IMG/VR virus record: IMGVR_UViG_3300044513_000589 | Source of the DNA: an uncultured virus (IMG/VR IMGVR_UViG_3300044513_000589) | Taxonomy: Duplodnaviria > Heunggongvirae > Uroviricota > Caudoviricetes | Direction: 5' to 3' (one strand) | DNA length: 64,000 nucleotides | Shown: positions 19,092 to 29,047 of the stretch, piece by piece | Position numbering within the stretch: the stretch's first letter is position 1 | How the letters are laid out: each line of letters opens with the position of its first letter | Program-made: the position numbers and the translations under genes | Notes under the pieces: generated by a model | Database searches by the model: none | What the model was told of the DNA's origin: nothing | What the model saw: only the letters and a program-made list of their open reading frames with translations

Positions 19092-22000
19092 ATGGCAACC
19101 CTATTAGTTAAGGTCGCAGACTCATTTGACGTTAACGATGTAAAGGATACTCTCCTTAGTCAGCATGATTATTTAGAGTTTGTAAAGACACTTAGATCAT
19201 TCCGTACTATCAGATTCAGCGTAGCCGATGAGTTTGCTACAGCAGAGAATCTAGAGAGTGTGCGTCTAACCGAAGGTCTCCAAGGAGCCACTTGGGATAG
19301 AGAGTTTCGCGTCACTGATTATGACGATGGTGGCGAAGTATTAAATGTAGAGTATGTTGGTGATGAGGTTGAAGAAACTGATGCTCAACTTCAAGACACT
19401 AAGAACACTAGGATTCTTACCACTGGCTCTGGTGGTACTATCTATGTGCGTGTTCAAAACTTTACAGCAGGTCCAAGATACGTCTTCTCAACAAGCTCGG
19501 GTGGACCATTTAGTAGAATCGGAACCTTTACTGGATTCCTCCAAGGCGGTACTTATACATTTGACCAGTCAGACTCCTCAAACGCAGGTCACCCCCTTAG
19601 ACTCTCTATTACGCCCGACGGCATTTGGACTGCTGGTGGCGTTATTTACTCCACAGGTGTAACCGCTGCTGGTACTCCTGGACAGTCTGGTGCCTATACA
19701 AGAATTGTTGTCAGTTCTACCACCCCATCTGTTATTTACTGGTATAACGCTAACTCTTCCAACTACGGCAACTACAACGATAGTCCTGCTCGTTTTGGTA
19801 AGTTCTGTATTCATGACTTCTGGCATCTCGATAGAATTACAAAGCAGAACCGTTCTTACATGAACGGTGTGTACAATAGCCCAGAGGAAGGCGACGGATG
19901 CGACCTCTATGTTATTGATACTGGTGTTCGTGGATCTTCTAGACCCACAGGAACTAACGCTGCGCTTCACCCAGAACTGTATGACCCCGATAACATTACC
20001 GACCTAAACGGTACTTCGGAGCAACAGTCTTATCGTGTATATGAAGTAACTGGATTCCAATCTGGTTTTACCATTAGTGGTTATGGAGTTGACTCTAATG
20101 AAGATGACCAGGGTCATGGTACCAACTGTGCTATCTGTGCCGCTGGTATCAAGGCAGGTGTCGCTCGTAAGACAAAGATCTATGCTCTGAAGGCTTTCAG
20201 CAGCACTGGTAGTGGATCTCTTTCTGACATCATCGATGCCTATCAGGCAGTCATTGACCACAATGATTCAGGTCACCCTAACTATAAGGGCAATACAAGA
20301 CCTGCCGTAATCAACGCTTCCTTTGGTCCCACAGCTCCAAGCGGTTCTTTCCCCTACGTTGAGATTAACGAGAGTGGGCAAGACGCTGGGTTTGACCTGG
20401 AACTTTATGACGAAGCTGAAAAAGTAATCGTCGATAACAATATCATTCTTGTCAGATCTGCTGGCAATGGATTTAGCGATGCCTCTAATAATTTTGCTGG
20501 TCCTCTCCAGACAAGATATGTTGCTGGTGCTAGATCTTCTGGCTTCTCTGATAATGATGTAAACTATCAGGATGTTAATATCAAGAGCATCTCGGTTGGT
20601 GCTTCTGATTATAATGACCGCTGGGCAGACTTTTCTAACTACGGATCTGGTACAACCACCGTAGCCCCAGGGGCACATATGACAGTTCCTCTATACGATT
20701 GGACTGCTAATACCCCATATACCAGCACAAGCAACTACGGAAACATCAGCGGTACTTCTTTCTCTGCCCCTGTTGTTGCTGGCATCATGTGCCAGTGGGT
20801 TACTAGCAATAACTACAACTTGACAACTACAGATCTTACTGGTCTGGCTAAAAACTTTATCCGCCAGAGGGGTACTGTTGGTGATATCTCTGCTGTCAGT
20901 AGCACCGCATATCCAATCAATACTGCTACAGAATACAGACTGCCAACGGATCCTTTTGCTACAACTTCCGCTAGCGCTACGCTGAAGATCTCTTTCCCAC
21001 CAGCACAGTCTTCTGTATTCCTCAACAACATTAACAAGTATATCCAGTTTAGAGTAGGTGCCGCTTCTTTAAGTATTGGTGGTGTTAATGTTAAGGATGA
21101 ATCCTATCAATGGCATCAGATTGTAGCACAGGATCCTGTAAACAATACGATTACAATCGCTCTACAGAATCCTGCTACTAGCACAGCAAGCGGTGGTGGA
21201 ACAAACAACTACATGTGTATCATTTCTGATACTCATGAGTTTACTGATGGTCCAGCATTTGCTAACATAACTCTATACGCTGAGCTTGACTCTGAAGAGG
21301 CAACTCATAGTGGTAGAGCCATCAATAATATCCCAGTACATACTGGTGCTGACTTTGATGTATCGAGTACAGATTCGGTCATCTCCAAAGTCATGGGTAT
21401 GTTCACCCCATTCATTCCCAAGACAATCACTTGGTACACTAGCGCAGGTGATCTAACAAGTGGTCAGGGATATGATAATGGGGATTCAGTGAATGTCCAA
21501 CTTGGCATCCAAACTATTGTTTCGTATGCTAATGAACCATTTGCTGCTAGGGAATATCAACTGAGTGGAGATAGTATTAGCAGCACAGGTCTTTCATTCG
21601 ATACTTCTTCTGGTATTCTTTCTGGAACAGTAACTGCTAGTTATCAAGACCTAACTTTTAATATCACCGTCACTGAACTGAAGAGTGGTGAATCTCGCAG
21701 TTATTCCTTCCAAACAAATGGAACGGGTGTTCTGGTATTCATCACAACTCAACCAGTTGATCAAAATATTGAAGCTGGTGGTGGTACAAATGCGGTCTTC
21801 GGTCCACTCCAAGGATACTCTTCGGATGGATCCACAGTTACTTATCAGTGGCAATACTCTACAGATACAGGCTCCAACTGGAACAACATTAGTTCTTTGG
21901 CAGGACATAGTGGAGAACTTACTGATACTCTGACTGTTGATGACGACTTCGCATTTAATGGATATCAGTATCGTTGTATTCTGAATTCCAGCACTGCGGT

Positions 22001-24236
22001 ACAAACAACCACATCTAATGTGGCTAACTTGAGCATGTACAGAGTGATCGCTGTATCTCAAGATCCTCAACCACAGAGCGTCGTTGCTCCCGCCGCAGCT
22101 ACATTCTCGATTGTTGCTTCTACTGCTGATAGTGCTGCTTTGGCATATCAGTGGAAAAGATCTACTACCCTTAACGGAGTATATTCCGATATTGGTGGTG
22201 CTACTTCTCCTTCTTATACAACACCAGCAACTACATACGCTAACGATAACAGCACATTCTTCAAGTGTAATCTTAGGGTTGATGGTTCTGCTGATGTTCT
22301 ATCGGTAGCAGCAGAGTTAACAGTTAGCAGACTTGTTGTTATTAGTGTTCAACCTCAAAACCAAGTTGGATCTGTTGGTGGCACTAGAACATTCAGTGTG
22401 ACCGCTACCACATCGGACGGTGTTCCTGGTGATCTTACATACCAATGGCAACAGTCTATCGATGGTGGATCTAACTGGTCAAACATTGCTGGTGCCACTA
22501 CAGCATCTTACACAACTCCTACTCTGACTGCTAATGATGATGAGTATCAGTTTAGAGTTCTTATCGCTGCTGCTGGTGCTCCCACGGTAACTTCTAATGT
22601 TGCGGTTCTTCAGGTAGAAACTGTTAACATCAGCATCACCCTGGAACCCACTGCTCAGGTGGCTAATGAGGGACAGACCGCATCATTTGCTGCGAATGGT
22701 ACTGCTGTCAATCAGGCTATCAATGCTCTAGTAAGTTCTTCCTTCGGTATTGCTGATTGGACTACCCCAGCAGGGGGTGGCAATCAGTTTGACGATCCAG
22801 ATCAGCAAGCACTTTGGGATAAAACATATGCCCAAATCCTTAGCGATCATACCCCCAGTGTTACTTTCCAGTGGCAGAGATCTGATGATCAAGGAAGCAA
22901 TTGGACTGATGTTCCTGGAGCAACCTCCGCCAATTATACAACTGGCACACTAACATATGCCGATGACCACGACGATCGCTATCGTTGTAAACTCGATGCT
23001 ATAGGAGCCGATAATCCAGTATTCACAAGTGCTGCTCTACTAACAGTATACAGAACTCACTCTGTAGATACTGAGCCAACTAACCAAACTGGAAATGAAG
23101 GTGGCACAGCAACCTTTACTGTTGTTGGTCAAACTTCTAGTGGCACGCAGACTTTCCAATGGCAAAGATCTGATGACACAGTTAATTACACTGACATCAC
23201 GGGTGCTACAAGTGCGTCCTACACTACGCCAAATCTGGTGTTCGCTGATGATAACGAATCCAGATATCGTTGTGTACTTTCTCTCGTCGGTTCTCAAGCG
23301 CCAGTAACATCTACCTACGCTGTACTGACTGTTAACAGGGTCATCACCATTGATGTCCAACCACAAGGTCAGGCAGTCATTGAAGGCAACAGAGCCACAT
23401 ACAACATCACTGCTTCGATCACATCTGGTACGATTAATTATCAGTGGCAGATCTCTACTGATAATGGCGCTAACTGGTCGAACATTTCGGCTGCTAATGG
23501 TACAAGTTATCAGACAGAGGAACTTCCATTCCCCACACTGAATAGAAAGTATCGTTGCGTACTCAGCAACTCCAACGCTATTACAGTAACTTCGGATGCT
23601 GCTGCTCTGACAGTTAATGAAGCGGAGTTTGTTGATCCTCCCGCTAGCATGAATGTTAATGTTGATCCTGATACAGGATTGGCATTTAATAGACAACCAA
23701 CCTTCACTGCCTCTGCTTTCAATTCTCAGTATGCTGGTTCTACCCATGCGGCTAGTTTCTGGCAGATCAAGAGAGTTACTGATAACGTTGTGATCTATGA
23801 CACTTCAGCAATTACGGTTCCCGATCTCTCGCAAGGAGATACCAACAACCTAACAACGTTCACAGTTCCTGTAGGAATTCTGGACTTTGATACTCTATAT
23901 CAAGTTGCTGTTAAATATAAAGATAACGCAGGTTTGACTTCTCCTTATTCTGTACCCATTCAGTTTACTACACCAAAGGTAGATCAACCAGAGATTCAAA
24001 CTATTACTCCAGCGTTCAACCCAACTATCAATGTTATTACTCCAGCGATTAAGAGTGGGTATCAGCATGTAACTTCTGATTGGCAGTTCTCCCAGTCAGA
24101 TCAGTTCACTGACATTGTTCACCAGTCTCTTGGTAACTCAACCAACCTCCTGTCATATACTCTGCCAGGTGATGTGGTTGTACTGCCACTGACAACATAT
24201 TATGTTCGCGTTCGCTTCAACGTAGACACCGTATAA
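19092..24236 (+). CDS. Subtilisin-like (S8) serine protease with six Ig-like repeats, probable virion protein
   Basis: WHLDRI, VIDTGV (Asp), GHGTNCA (His), SAGN (oxyanion Asn), GTSFSAP (Ser); six (Y/F)QW...(Y/F)(R/K)(C/V) Ig-like repeats; Fn3-like C-terminus. Confidence 0.85.
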   Translation: MATLLVKVADSFDVNDVKDTLLSQHDYLEFVKTLRSFRTIRFSVADEFATAENLESVRLTEGLQGATWDREFRVTDYDDGGEVLNVEYVGDEVEETDAQLQDTKNTRILTTGSGGTIYVRVQNFTAGPRYVFSTSSGGPFSRIGTFTGFLQGGTYTFDQSDSSNAGHPLRLSITPDGIWTAGGVIYSTGVTAAGTPGQSGAYTRIVVSSTTPSVIYWYNANSSNYGNYNDSPARFGKFCIHDFWHLDRITKQNRSYMNGVYNSPEEGDGCDLYVIDTGVRGSSRPTGTNAALHPELYDPDNITDLNGTSEQQSYRVYEVTGFQSGFTISGYGVDSNEDDQGHGTNCAICAAGIKAGVARKTKIYALKAFSSTGSGSLSDIIDAYQAVIDHNDSGHPNYKGNTRPAVINASFGPTAPSGSFPYVEINESGQDAGFDLELYDEAEKVIVDNNIILVRSAGNGFSDASNNFAGPLQTRYVAGARSSGFSDNDVNYQDVNIKSISVGASDYNDRWADFSNYGSGTTTVAPGAHMTVPLYDWTANTPYTSTSNYGNISGTSFSAPVVAGIMCQWVTSNNYNLTTTDLTGLAKNFIRQRGTVGDISAVSSTAYPINTATEYRLPTDPFATTSASATLKISFPPAQSSVFLNNINKYIQFRVGAASLSIGGVNVKDESYQWHQIVAQDPVNNTITIALQNPATSTASGGGTNNYMCIISDTHEFTDGPAFANITLYAELDSEEATHSGRAINNIPVHTGADFDVSSTDSVISKVMGMFTPFIPKTITWYTSAGDLTSGQGYDNGDSVNVQLGIQTIVSYANEPFAAREYQLSGDSISSTGLSFDTSSGILSGTVTASYQDLTFNITVTELKSGESRSYSFQTNGTGVLVFITTQPVDQNIEAGGGTNAVFGPLQGYSSDGSTVTYQWQYSTDTGSNWNNISSLAGHSGELTDTLTVDDDFAFNGYQYRCILNSSTAVQTTTSNVANLSMYRVIAVSQDPQPQSVVAPAAATFSIVASTADSAALAYQWKRSTTLNGVYSDIGGATSPSYTTPATTYANDNSTFFKCNLRVDGSADVLSVAAELTVSRLVVISVQPQNQVGSVGGTRTFSVTATTSDGVPGDLTYQWQQSIDGGSNWSNIAGATTASYTTPTLTANDDEYQFRVLIAAAGAPTVTSNVAVLQVETVNISITLEPTAQVANEGQTASFAANGTAVNQAINALVSSSFGIADWTTPAGGGNQFDDPDQQALWDKTYAQILSDHTPSVTFQWQRSDDQGSNWTDVPGATSANYTTGTLTYADDHDDRYRCKLDAIGADNPVFTSAALLTVYRTHSVDTEPTNQTGNEGGTATFTVVGQTSSGTQTFQWQRSDDTVNYTDITGATSASYTTPNLVFADDNESRYRCVLSLVGSQAPVTSTYAVLTVNRVITIDVQPQGQAVIEGNRATYNITASITSGTINYQWQISTDNGANWSNISAANGTSYQTEELPFPTLNRKYRCVLSNSNAITVTSDAAALTVNEAEFVDPPASMNVNVDPDTGLAFNRQPTFTASAFNSQYAGSTHAASFWQIKRVTDNVVIYDTSAITVPDLSQGDTNNLTTFTVPVGILDFDTLYQVAVKYKDNAGLTSPYSVPIQFTTPKVDQPEIQTITPAFNPTINVITPAIKSGYQHVTSDWQFSQSDQFTDIVHQSLGNSTNLLSYTLPGDVVVLPLTTYYVRVRFNVDTV

Positions 24237-24237
24237 A

Positions 24238-25047
24238 ATGGCTAAACCAGGAACCAGACAACAACTTATCGATTATGCTCTGAGAAAACTGGGTGCCCCA
24301 GTTCTGGAGATTAACGTCGATGATGATCAGATCGATGATCTGGTGGATGATGCTATCCAAATGTACAACGAAAGAATGTACGATGGATATATCAAAACCT
24401 ATCTAAAGTATCAATTTGATCAGGCAACTATTGATGCCATGAAAACTAACACCACCACAACGGTGGCTCAAGTTGGTGGTAAGGCAACTGACTTCTTAGA
24501 AGCCAATAACTATATTACAGTTCCTGATTATGTTACCAGTGTGATCAAGATCTTTGACTTTACGTCGAAGAACACTACAAACATGTTTGATGTCCGCTAT
24601 CAGTGGAGACTCAATGATCTGTGGGATCTGACCCAGACTGAGATCTTGACCTATGAAATGGTCAACCGTAGAATGGAAGACATCTACTTCCTTCTGGAAG
24701 GACAGAAACAAGTTAGATTTGACATGAGAGGTCAACGTCTGTTCATGGACATTGACTTCCAAGAGGATGTAGCAGCAGGTGATCACCTAGTCTTTGAATG
24801 CTACAGAGCTCTTGATCCAGCAGATCATGCTGGTATCTTTAACGATCTCTGGCTCAAGAGATATGTCACTGCTCTGATTAAGAGACAGTGGGGTCAGAAC
24901 CTGATCAAGTTCCAAGGTGCTCAACTCCCTGGCGGTATTACTCTGAATGGGAGAGAGTTGTTTGATGATGGGAACAATGACGTGAACAAACTAGAAGATG
25001 AAATGCTCAGTCGTTATGAAATGCCACCCCTGGATATGATCGGATGA
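24238..25047 (+). CDS. g13: Neck protein gp13
   Basis: LIDYALRKLGAPVLEINV, KRQWGQNLIKF..LPGGITLNG; synteny. Confidence 0.93.
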   Translation: MAKPGTRQQLIDYALRKLGAPVLEINVDDDQIDDLVDDAIQMYNERMYDGYIKTYLKYQFDQATIDAMKTNTTTTVAQVGGKATDFLEANNYITVPDYVTSVIKIFDFTSKNTTNMFDVRYQWRLNDLWDLTQTEILTYEMVNRRMEDIYFLLEGQKQVRFDMRGQRLFMDIDFQEDVAAGDHLVFECYRALDPADHAGIFNDLWLKRYVTALIKRQWGQNLIKFQGAQLPGGITLNGRELFDDGNNDVNKLEDEMLSRYEMPPLDMIG

Positions 25048-26375
25048 GAAACGTTTTCTTCACTCACGGAACTCGTAACGAACAGTTCCTTCAGCAAGGA
25101 CTGGTCGAAGAGTATATCAAAATGTTTGGGATGGATGTACTTTACATCCCTAGACAACTTACTCAAAAGGATGGCGTCTTCAATGAAGAAGTGTCGTCCG
25201 AGTTTGATGACTCTTATCTTATCGAGGCTTACTTGGAGAACGCCGAAGGATTCCAAGGTGGTGGAGATTTGTTGACTAAATTTGGAATCAGACAGACTGA
25301 TGAGATCACAATGGTTATCTCGCAGCAAAGATTTTCTGATCTCATCTCTCAGTTCCTTCTTCTAGATACTGATGTAGAACTTGGAGAGAGACCACAAGAG
25401 GGTGATCTTATCTGGTTCCCACTAGCAGGAAATTATTTTGAGATCAAGTTTGTAGAACATGAAGAGCCCTTCTACCAACTTGGTAAGAACTATACTTATA
25501 AACTTAAGTGCGAACTGTTCGAGTACAGCGACGAGCAGGGAGAGATCTTTATTGGGGACGAAGAGCTTGTCGATACTGGATATACAATCAAATACTACTT
25601 CCTCACATCTGCTGGCGTCAGTGCCATCGGTGTACCCACACTTCTCAACGGTGGAATCTCTTCACCCGTTCTTACTGAAGAGGGCAAGAACTACAACTTC
25701 ACACCAACTGTCACAGTCAATGGTGATGGCACAGGAGCAGAAGTTCGTGCTGATATGATTACCGTTTCTTTGTCTGGTTCGACGCCACTAAGAAATGCGG
25801 TTCTCAAACCAACAACTAAAGAAGGTAAACTTATAGCATTGGAGATTGTCGATGGCGGTGAAGGATATGATGTTGCTAGAACTGGTATCTCGTTTAGCAA
25901 TCCTCCATTTGGAGGACTCTCTCCTGTAGCAAAACCAACGTTCGATAGTAATGGAACTCTCATAGGTGCTGAGATCACTAATCAGGGTAAGGGATATACA
26001 TCAGTATCCAAACTTGTAGTGGAGAAGCCAGGTTCTGGATATACAACAGCATCCTTTACTATTCAACAAGTATCCCCTGGTCGTACAGGAGACTTTAAGA
26101 TTGGGGAAAGTGTTACTGGTGGCAGCACAGGTAATCAAGCAGTCCTTGCCGACTGGGATGCTAAGGAAGGTTGGCTTAAACTCAAAGCACCTACTGGTGA
26201 CTTCCTGATCAATGAAATTCTTATGGGAAGCGATACTGGTTCTCAGGTTACAATTAACTCGTTCGATCCAATCGATTCCACAGATGATAAATATTATGAT
26301 AATGTTGAGTTTGAACTTGAGGCAGACGACATTTTAGACTTTACTGAGTCTAACCCATTCGGCATAGCAACATAA
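25044..26375 (+). CDS. g14: Neck protein gp14 (with internal extension)
   Basis: EEYIKMFGMDVLYIPR, RPQEGDLIWFP, FEIKFVEHEEPFYQLG, C-terminal DFTESNPFG. Confidence 0.92.
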   Translation: MRNVFFTHGTRNEQFLQQGLVEEYIKMFGMDVLYIPRQLTQKDGVFNEEVSSEFDDSYLIEAYLENAEGFQGGGDLLTKFGIRQTDEITMVISQQRFSDLISQFLLLDTDVELGERPQEGDLIWFPLAGNYFEIKFVEHEEPFYQLGKNYTYKLKCELFEYSDEQGEIFIGDEELVDTGYTIKYYFLTSAGVSAIGVPTLLNGGISSPVLTEEGKNYNFTPTVTVNGDGTGAEVRADMITVSLSGSTPLRNAVLKPTTKEGKLIALEIVDGGEGYDVARTGISFSNPPFGGLSPVAKPTFDSNGTLIGAEITNQGKGYTSVSKLVVEKPGSGYTTASFTIQQVSPGRTGDFKIGESVTGGSTGNQAVLADWDAKEGWLKLKAPTGDFLINEILMGSDTGSQVTINSFDPIDSTDDKYYDNVEFELEADDILDFTESNPFGIAT

Positions 26376-26376
26376 G

Positions 26377-27384
26377 ATGTTAAACACTGGATACACTTAT
26401 AATAAGATCATCCGAAAGTGCGTAGTGGCTTTTGGTACGATGTTTAATAACATTGAGGTTCGCAAAGAGAACCCTGATGGATCAACGTATCAAAAAATGA
26501 AGGTGCCCCTGGCGTATGGTCCAAAGCAAAAATTTCTGGCTAGAATTGAACAGCAACCTGATCTGAATAAAAAGGTTGCTATCACTCTACCTAGAATATC
26601 ATTTGAAGTAACTGGTATCAGTTATGATGGAACTAGGAAACTGAGTCCAGTTACCTTGAACCTTAAGGCGGATGGGAATAATGCGGTTAGAAAAGTTTAC
26701 ACCCCAGTACCATATAACATCGAGTTTAGTCTATCTGTTTTATCCAAGACTAACGATGAAGCTTTGGAGATCATGGAGCAAATCCTCCCGTTCTTCCAAC
26801 CTTCTTACAACGTTACGATCAAACTTATTGAAGACCTCAATGAGTTCCGTGATGTGCCTATCGTTCTTAATGGCATATCATACTCTGATGAATACGAAGG
26901 TGACTTCACTCAAAGAAAACTTACAACGATTGACTTTACGTTTTCGATGAAAACGTATCTGTTTGGTCCTTCCCAGACAGGAGCACCCATCAAGAAAGCC
27001 ACTGTGGATTACAAGATGGGCGTCAACAGAGAGTTGGCACCACGCAGAGTACAGTACCAAGTTACACCGAAAGCTATCGCAGATGGAGATCTGGATGGCA
27101 CCTCTGCTCTCATGGCAGATATCAGCAAGACGATCACTACACTTCAAGTACAAGACTCCAGTGTATTCACTATCAATGAATTCATTAAAGTTGGAAATGA
27201 AGTGATGAAGGTTAAAACACTTCCAGACGCTACAAGTATTACTGTTCTCCGTGGACAGAATGGAACCAATAAATCAGAACACTTGGCTGGTGCTCCTATT
27301 GACTTGATCAATAGTGCGGATGATGCTCTACTTGAGGCAGGTGATGACTTTGGATTTAATGAATTGACGAGTTTCTATGGATAA
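26377..27384 (+). CDS. g15: Tail sheath stabilizer gp15
   Basis: FGTMFNNI, KVPLAYGPKQKF, LPRISFE, EQILPFFQP. Confidence 0.93.
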   Translation: MLNTGYTYNKIIRKCVVAFGTMFNNIEVRKENPDGSTYQKMKVPLAYGPKQKFLARIEQQPDLNKKVAITLPRISFEVTGISYDGTRKLSPVTLNLKADGNNAVRKVYTPVPYNIEFSLSVLSKTNDEALEIMEQILPFFQPSYNVTIKLIEDLNEFRDVPIVLNGISYSDEYEGDFTQRKLTTIDFTFSMKTYLFGPSQTGAPIKKATVDYKMGVNRELAPRRVQYQVTPKAIADGDLDGTSALMADISKTITTLQVQDSSVFTINEFIKVGNEVMKVKTLPDATSITVLRGQNGTNKSEHLAGAPIDLINSADDALLEAGDDFGFNELTSFYG

Positions 27385-27787
27385 GTTTGATGGGCTAGAT
27401 CAAGCGTTTGAGACTGTAAGTGAACTATCTACAGTCAGCGAACCAGTAAAGAAACCACCTGCCCCTGTGGAAAACGATCAGGTTCAGGATGATCATGAGT
27501 ATAGTAGAGCACAACTGTATCAACTGATTGAGAAAGGTCAGGAAGCAATCAATGGTGCTCTTGACGTAGCAATGTCATCCGATCATCCCAGAGCATATGA
27601 GGTAGCAGGTCAGCTTATCAAAAACGTAGGTGACGTTACAGATAAGTTGATGGCTCTTCAGAAAGCAACTAAGGATGTTAAAGAAGAAAAGAAGAAGGGT
27701 CCAACCAATGTTACCAATGCTCTATTTGTTGGATCTACAGCAGACCTTCAAAAAATGCTGAAGGATGCTTCTAAAAACAATAAATAG
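27377..27787 (+). CDS. g16: Terminase small subunit gp16
   Basis: DHEYSRAQLY, HPRAYEVAGQLIK, NALFVGSTADLQKML. Confidence 0.92.
   Translation: MDKFDGLDQAFETVSELSTVSEPVKKPPAPVENDQVQDDHEYSRAQLYQLIEKGQEAINGALDVAMSSDHPRAYEVAGQLIKNVGDVTDKLMALQKATKDVKEEKKKGPTNVTNALFVGSTADLQKMLKDASKNNK
27780..27786 (+). promoter_or_regulatory. Late promoter ATAAATA
   Basis: Overlaps the g16 stop, about 22 nt before the ATG at 27809. Confidence 0.55.
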
Positions 27788-27808
27788 AAAGAAGGTATTT
27801 TTAGACTC

Positions 27809-28069
27809 ATGCTTGTAAAACCACTGTCAGTTGCTGAGGACATTCAGTCTGCTGCTAGTGTAGACGCCACCATTAATGCTAACCCTCTGGTTTTGTGCGT
27901 TAATGGATCTTCCACAGCAGCTGCTGAGGTTACTGTTGTCGCCACTGGTTTCATTGCTTATGTTCCACCAGGCGGTTCTATCGTCATTGAAAAGCCAGCA
28001 GGATCTGCTTTGGATGCTACTGGTGCTTCTGCTTCTGTTTGGGCAACAGCTGTTGCTTACAAGAACTGA
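27809..28069 (+). CDS. Small hypothetical protein (probably virion)
   Basis: 86 aa, Ala/Val/Ser-rich beta composition, behind a late promoter. Confidence 0.65.
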   Translation: MLVKPLSVAEDIQSAASVDATINANPLVLCVNGSSTAAAEVTVVATGFIAYVPPGGSIVIEKPAGSALDATGASASVWATAVAYKN

Positions 28070-28323
28070 TGGCAAATAGAATCAACGAATACGGAAAGTA
28101 TTATCTTGCCGAAGTAGTATGGCGAGGTAAACCTTATCGTCTTCAAGTATTCTTTCCATACTTAAATAAACCCCAAAGGGGTGATATACAAAAGCAGGCA
28201 GAGAAAGTCTACCCTGGTTGTAGAGTATATTCATACTCTGAGTCAGAGTACAAGATTAAGGAAATACCTCTATTTTTAGCGTTAGAGTCCCAGCGTGCTA
28301 TTATTGACGAGACTCTCCTTTGA
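28069..28323 (+). CDS. Hypothetical protein
   Basis: TGATG-coupled start (MANRINEYG); VVWRGKPY, KVYPG. Confidence 0.65.
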   Translation: MANRINEYGKYYLAEVVWRGKPYRLQVFFPYLNKPQRGDIQKQAEKVYPGCRVYSYSESEYKIKEIPLFLALESQRAIIDETLL

Positions 28324-28646
28324 TCATGGCAATATCTCCCGTAACCTGGCTACTGTTAGTTTTATTATTCTGTGTGGCGTATGCTGGTTGGGAAGAAACT
28401 CTCAAACTCATTCAATATATTGAGTTAGAGATAAAGTATGGCTACGTGAAATTGCGTATGTACTTTATGGAGAAGCGCCTAAGGCGAGAGCTCAAGAGTA
28501 CAATCACGCAAATGGAGAAAGATTATGGAATCATCCTCGGGGAAAGAAACGTCGGATCTGAGCATGAACAGAGTGGATTGCCCGAAGTGCGGGGCGATGT
28601 GGATCAACGGTCAACACATGTGGGCGACGGGGAAGAAAGGGAGTGA
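28320..28646 (+). CDS. Hypothetical membrane-anchored protein
   Basis: N-terminal hydrophobic helix WLLLVLLFCVAYAG; start at 28320 or 28326. Confidence 0.55.
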   Translation: MIMAISPVTWLLLVLLFCVAYAGWEETLKLIQYIELEIKYGYVKLRMYFMEKRLRRELKSTITQMEKDYGIILGERNVGSEHEQSGLPEVRGDVDQRSTHVGDGEERE

Positions 28647-28785
28647 GCTTGACTTAGCAGGCTTAGTGTGTAATAATCTAGGAGATAGTACGTGTATAAA
28701 TCCCGTTAAGGGTGCTGAAGGTGGAGACACCTGGGCAAGGCGTCTATCCGACCTAGACAAAGATTACCCTAAAGATCATGAGTGA
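28525..28785 (+). CDS. Hypothetical Cys-containing protein
   Basis: CPKCG..WINGQH.W.TG..G.ELDLAGLVCN..CINP; GGAG SD upstream. Confidence 0.65.
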   Translation: MESSSGKETSDLSMNRVDCPKCGAMWINGQHMWATGKKGSELDLAGLVCNNLGDSTCINPVKGAEGGDTWARRLSDLDKDYPKDHE

Positions 28786-29047
28786 AGTTCCAGAAGATCG
28801 CATTTCAGCTCTTGACGATTTGCGACAAGAAGCTTTAGATTATCCAGATTGGTATCGCAGTTACATTGCCGAACATCCTATTTCGGATGCTCCTATTTCT
28901 TATGATTCTTTGATTGGTAAATTCTGTGTTGTATTTGAAGGACATACTATGTTCTTCAATGAGTTCGACGCGGCAGAAGACTGGTACCAGCTAAATACCC
29001 ATAGAAAGCATGTAGCCAGTACAGTAAATGTCTCTGACGATTCGTAA
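28778..29047 (+). CDS. Hypothetical protein
   Basis: 89-aa ORF overlapping both neighbours. Confidence 0.55.
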   Translation: MSEVPEDRISALDDLRQEALDYPDWYRSYIAEHPISDAPISYDSLIGKFCVVFEGHTMFFNEFDAAEDWYQLNTHRKHVASTVNVSDDS

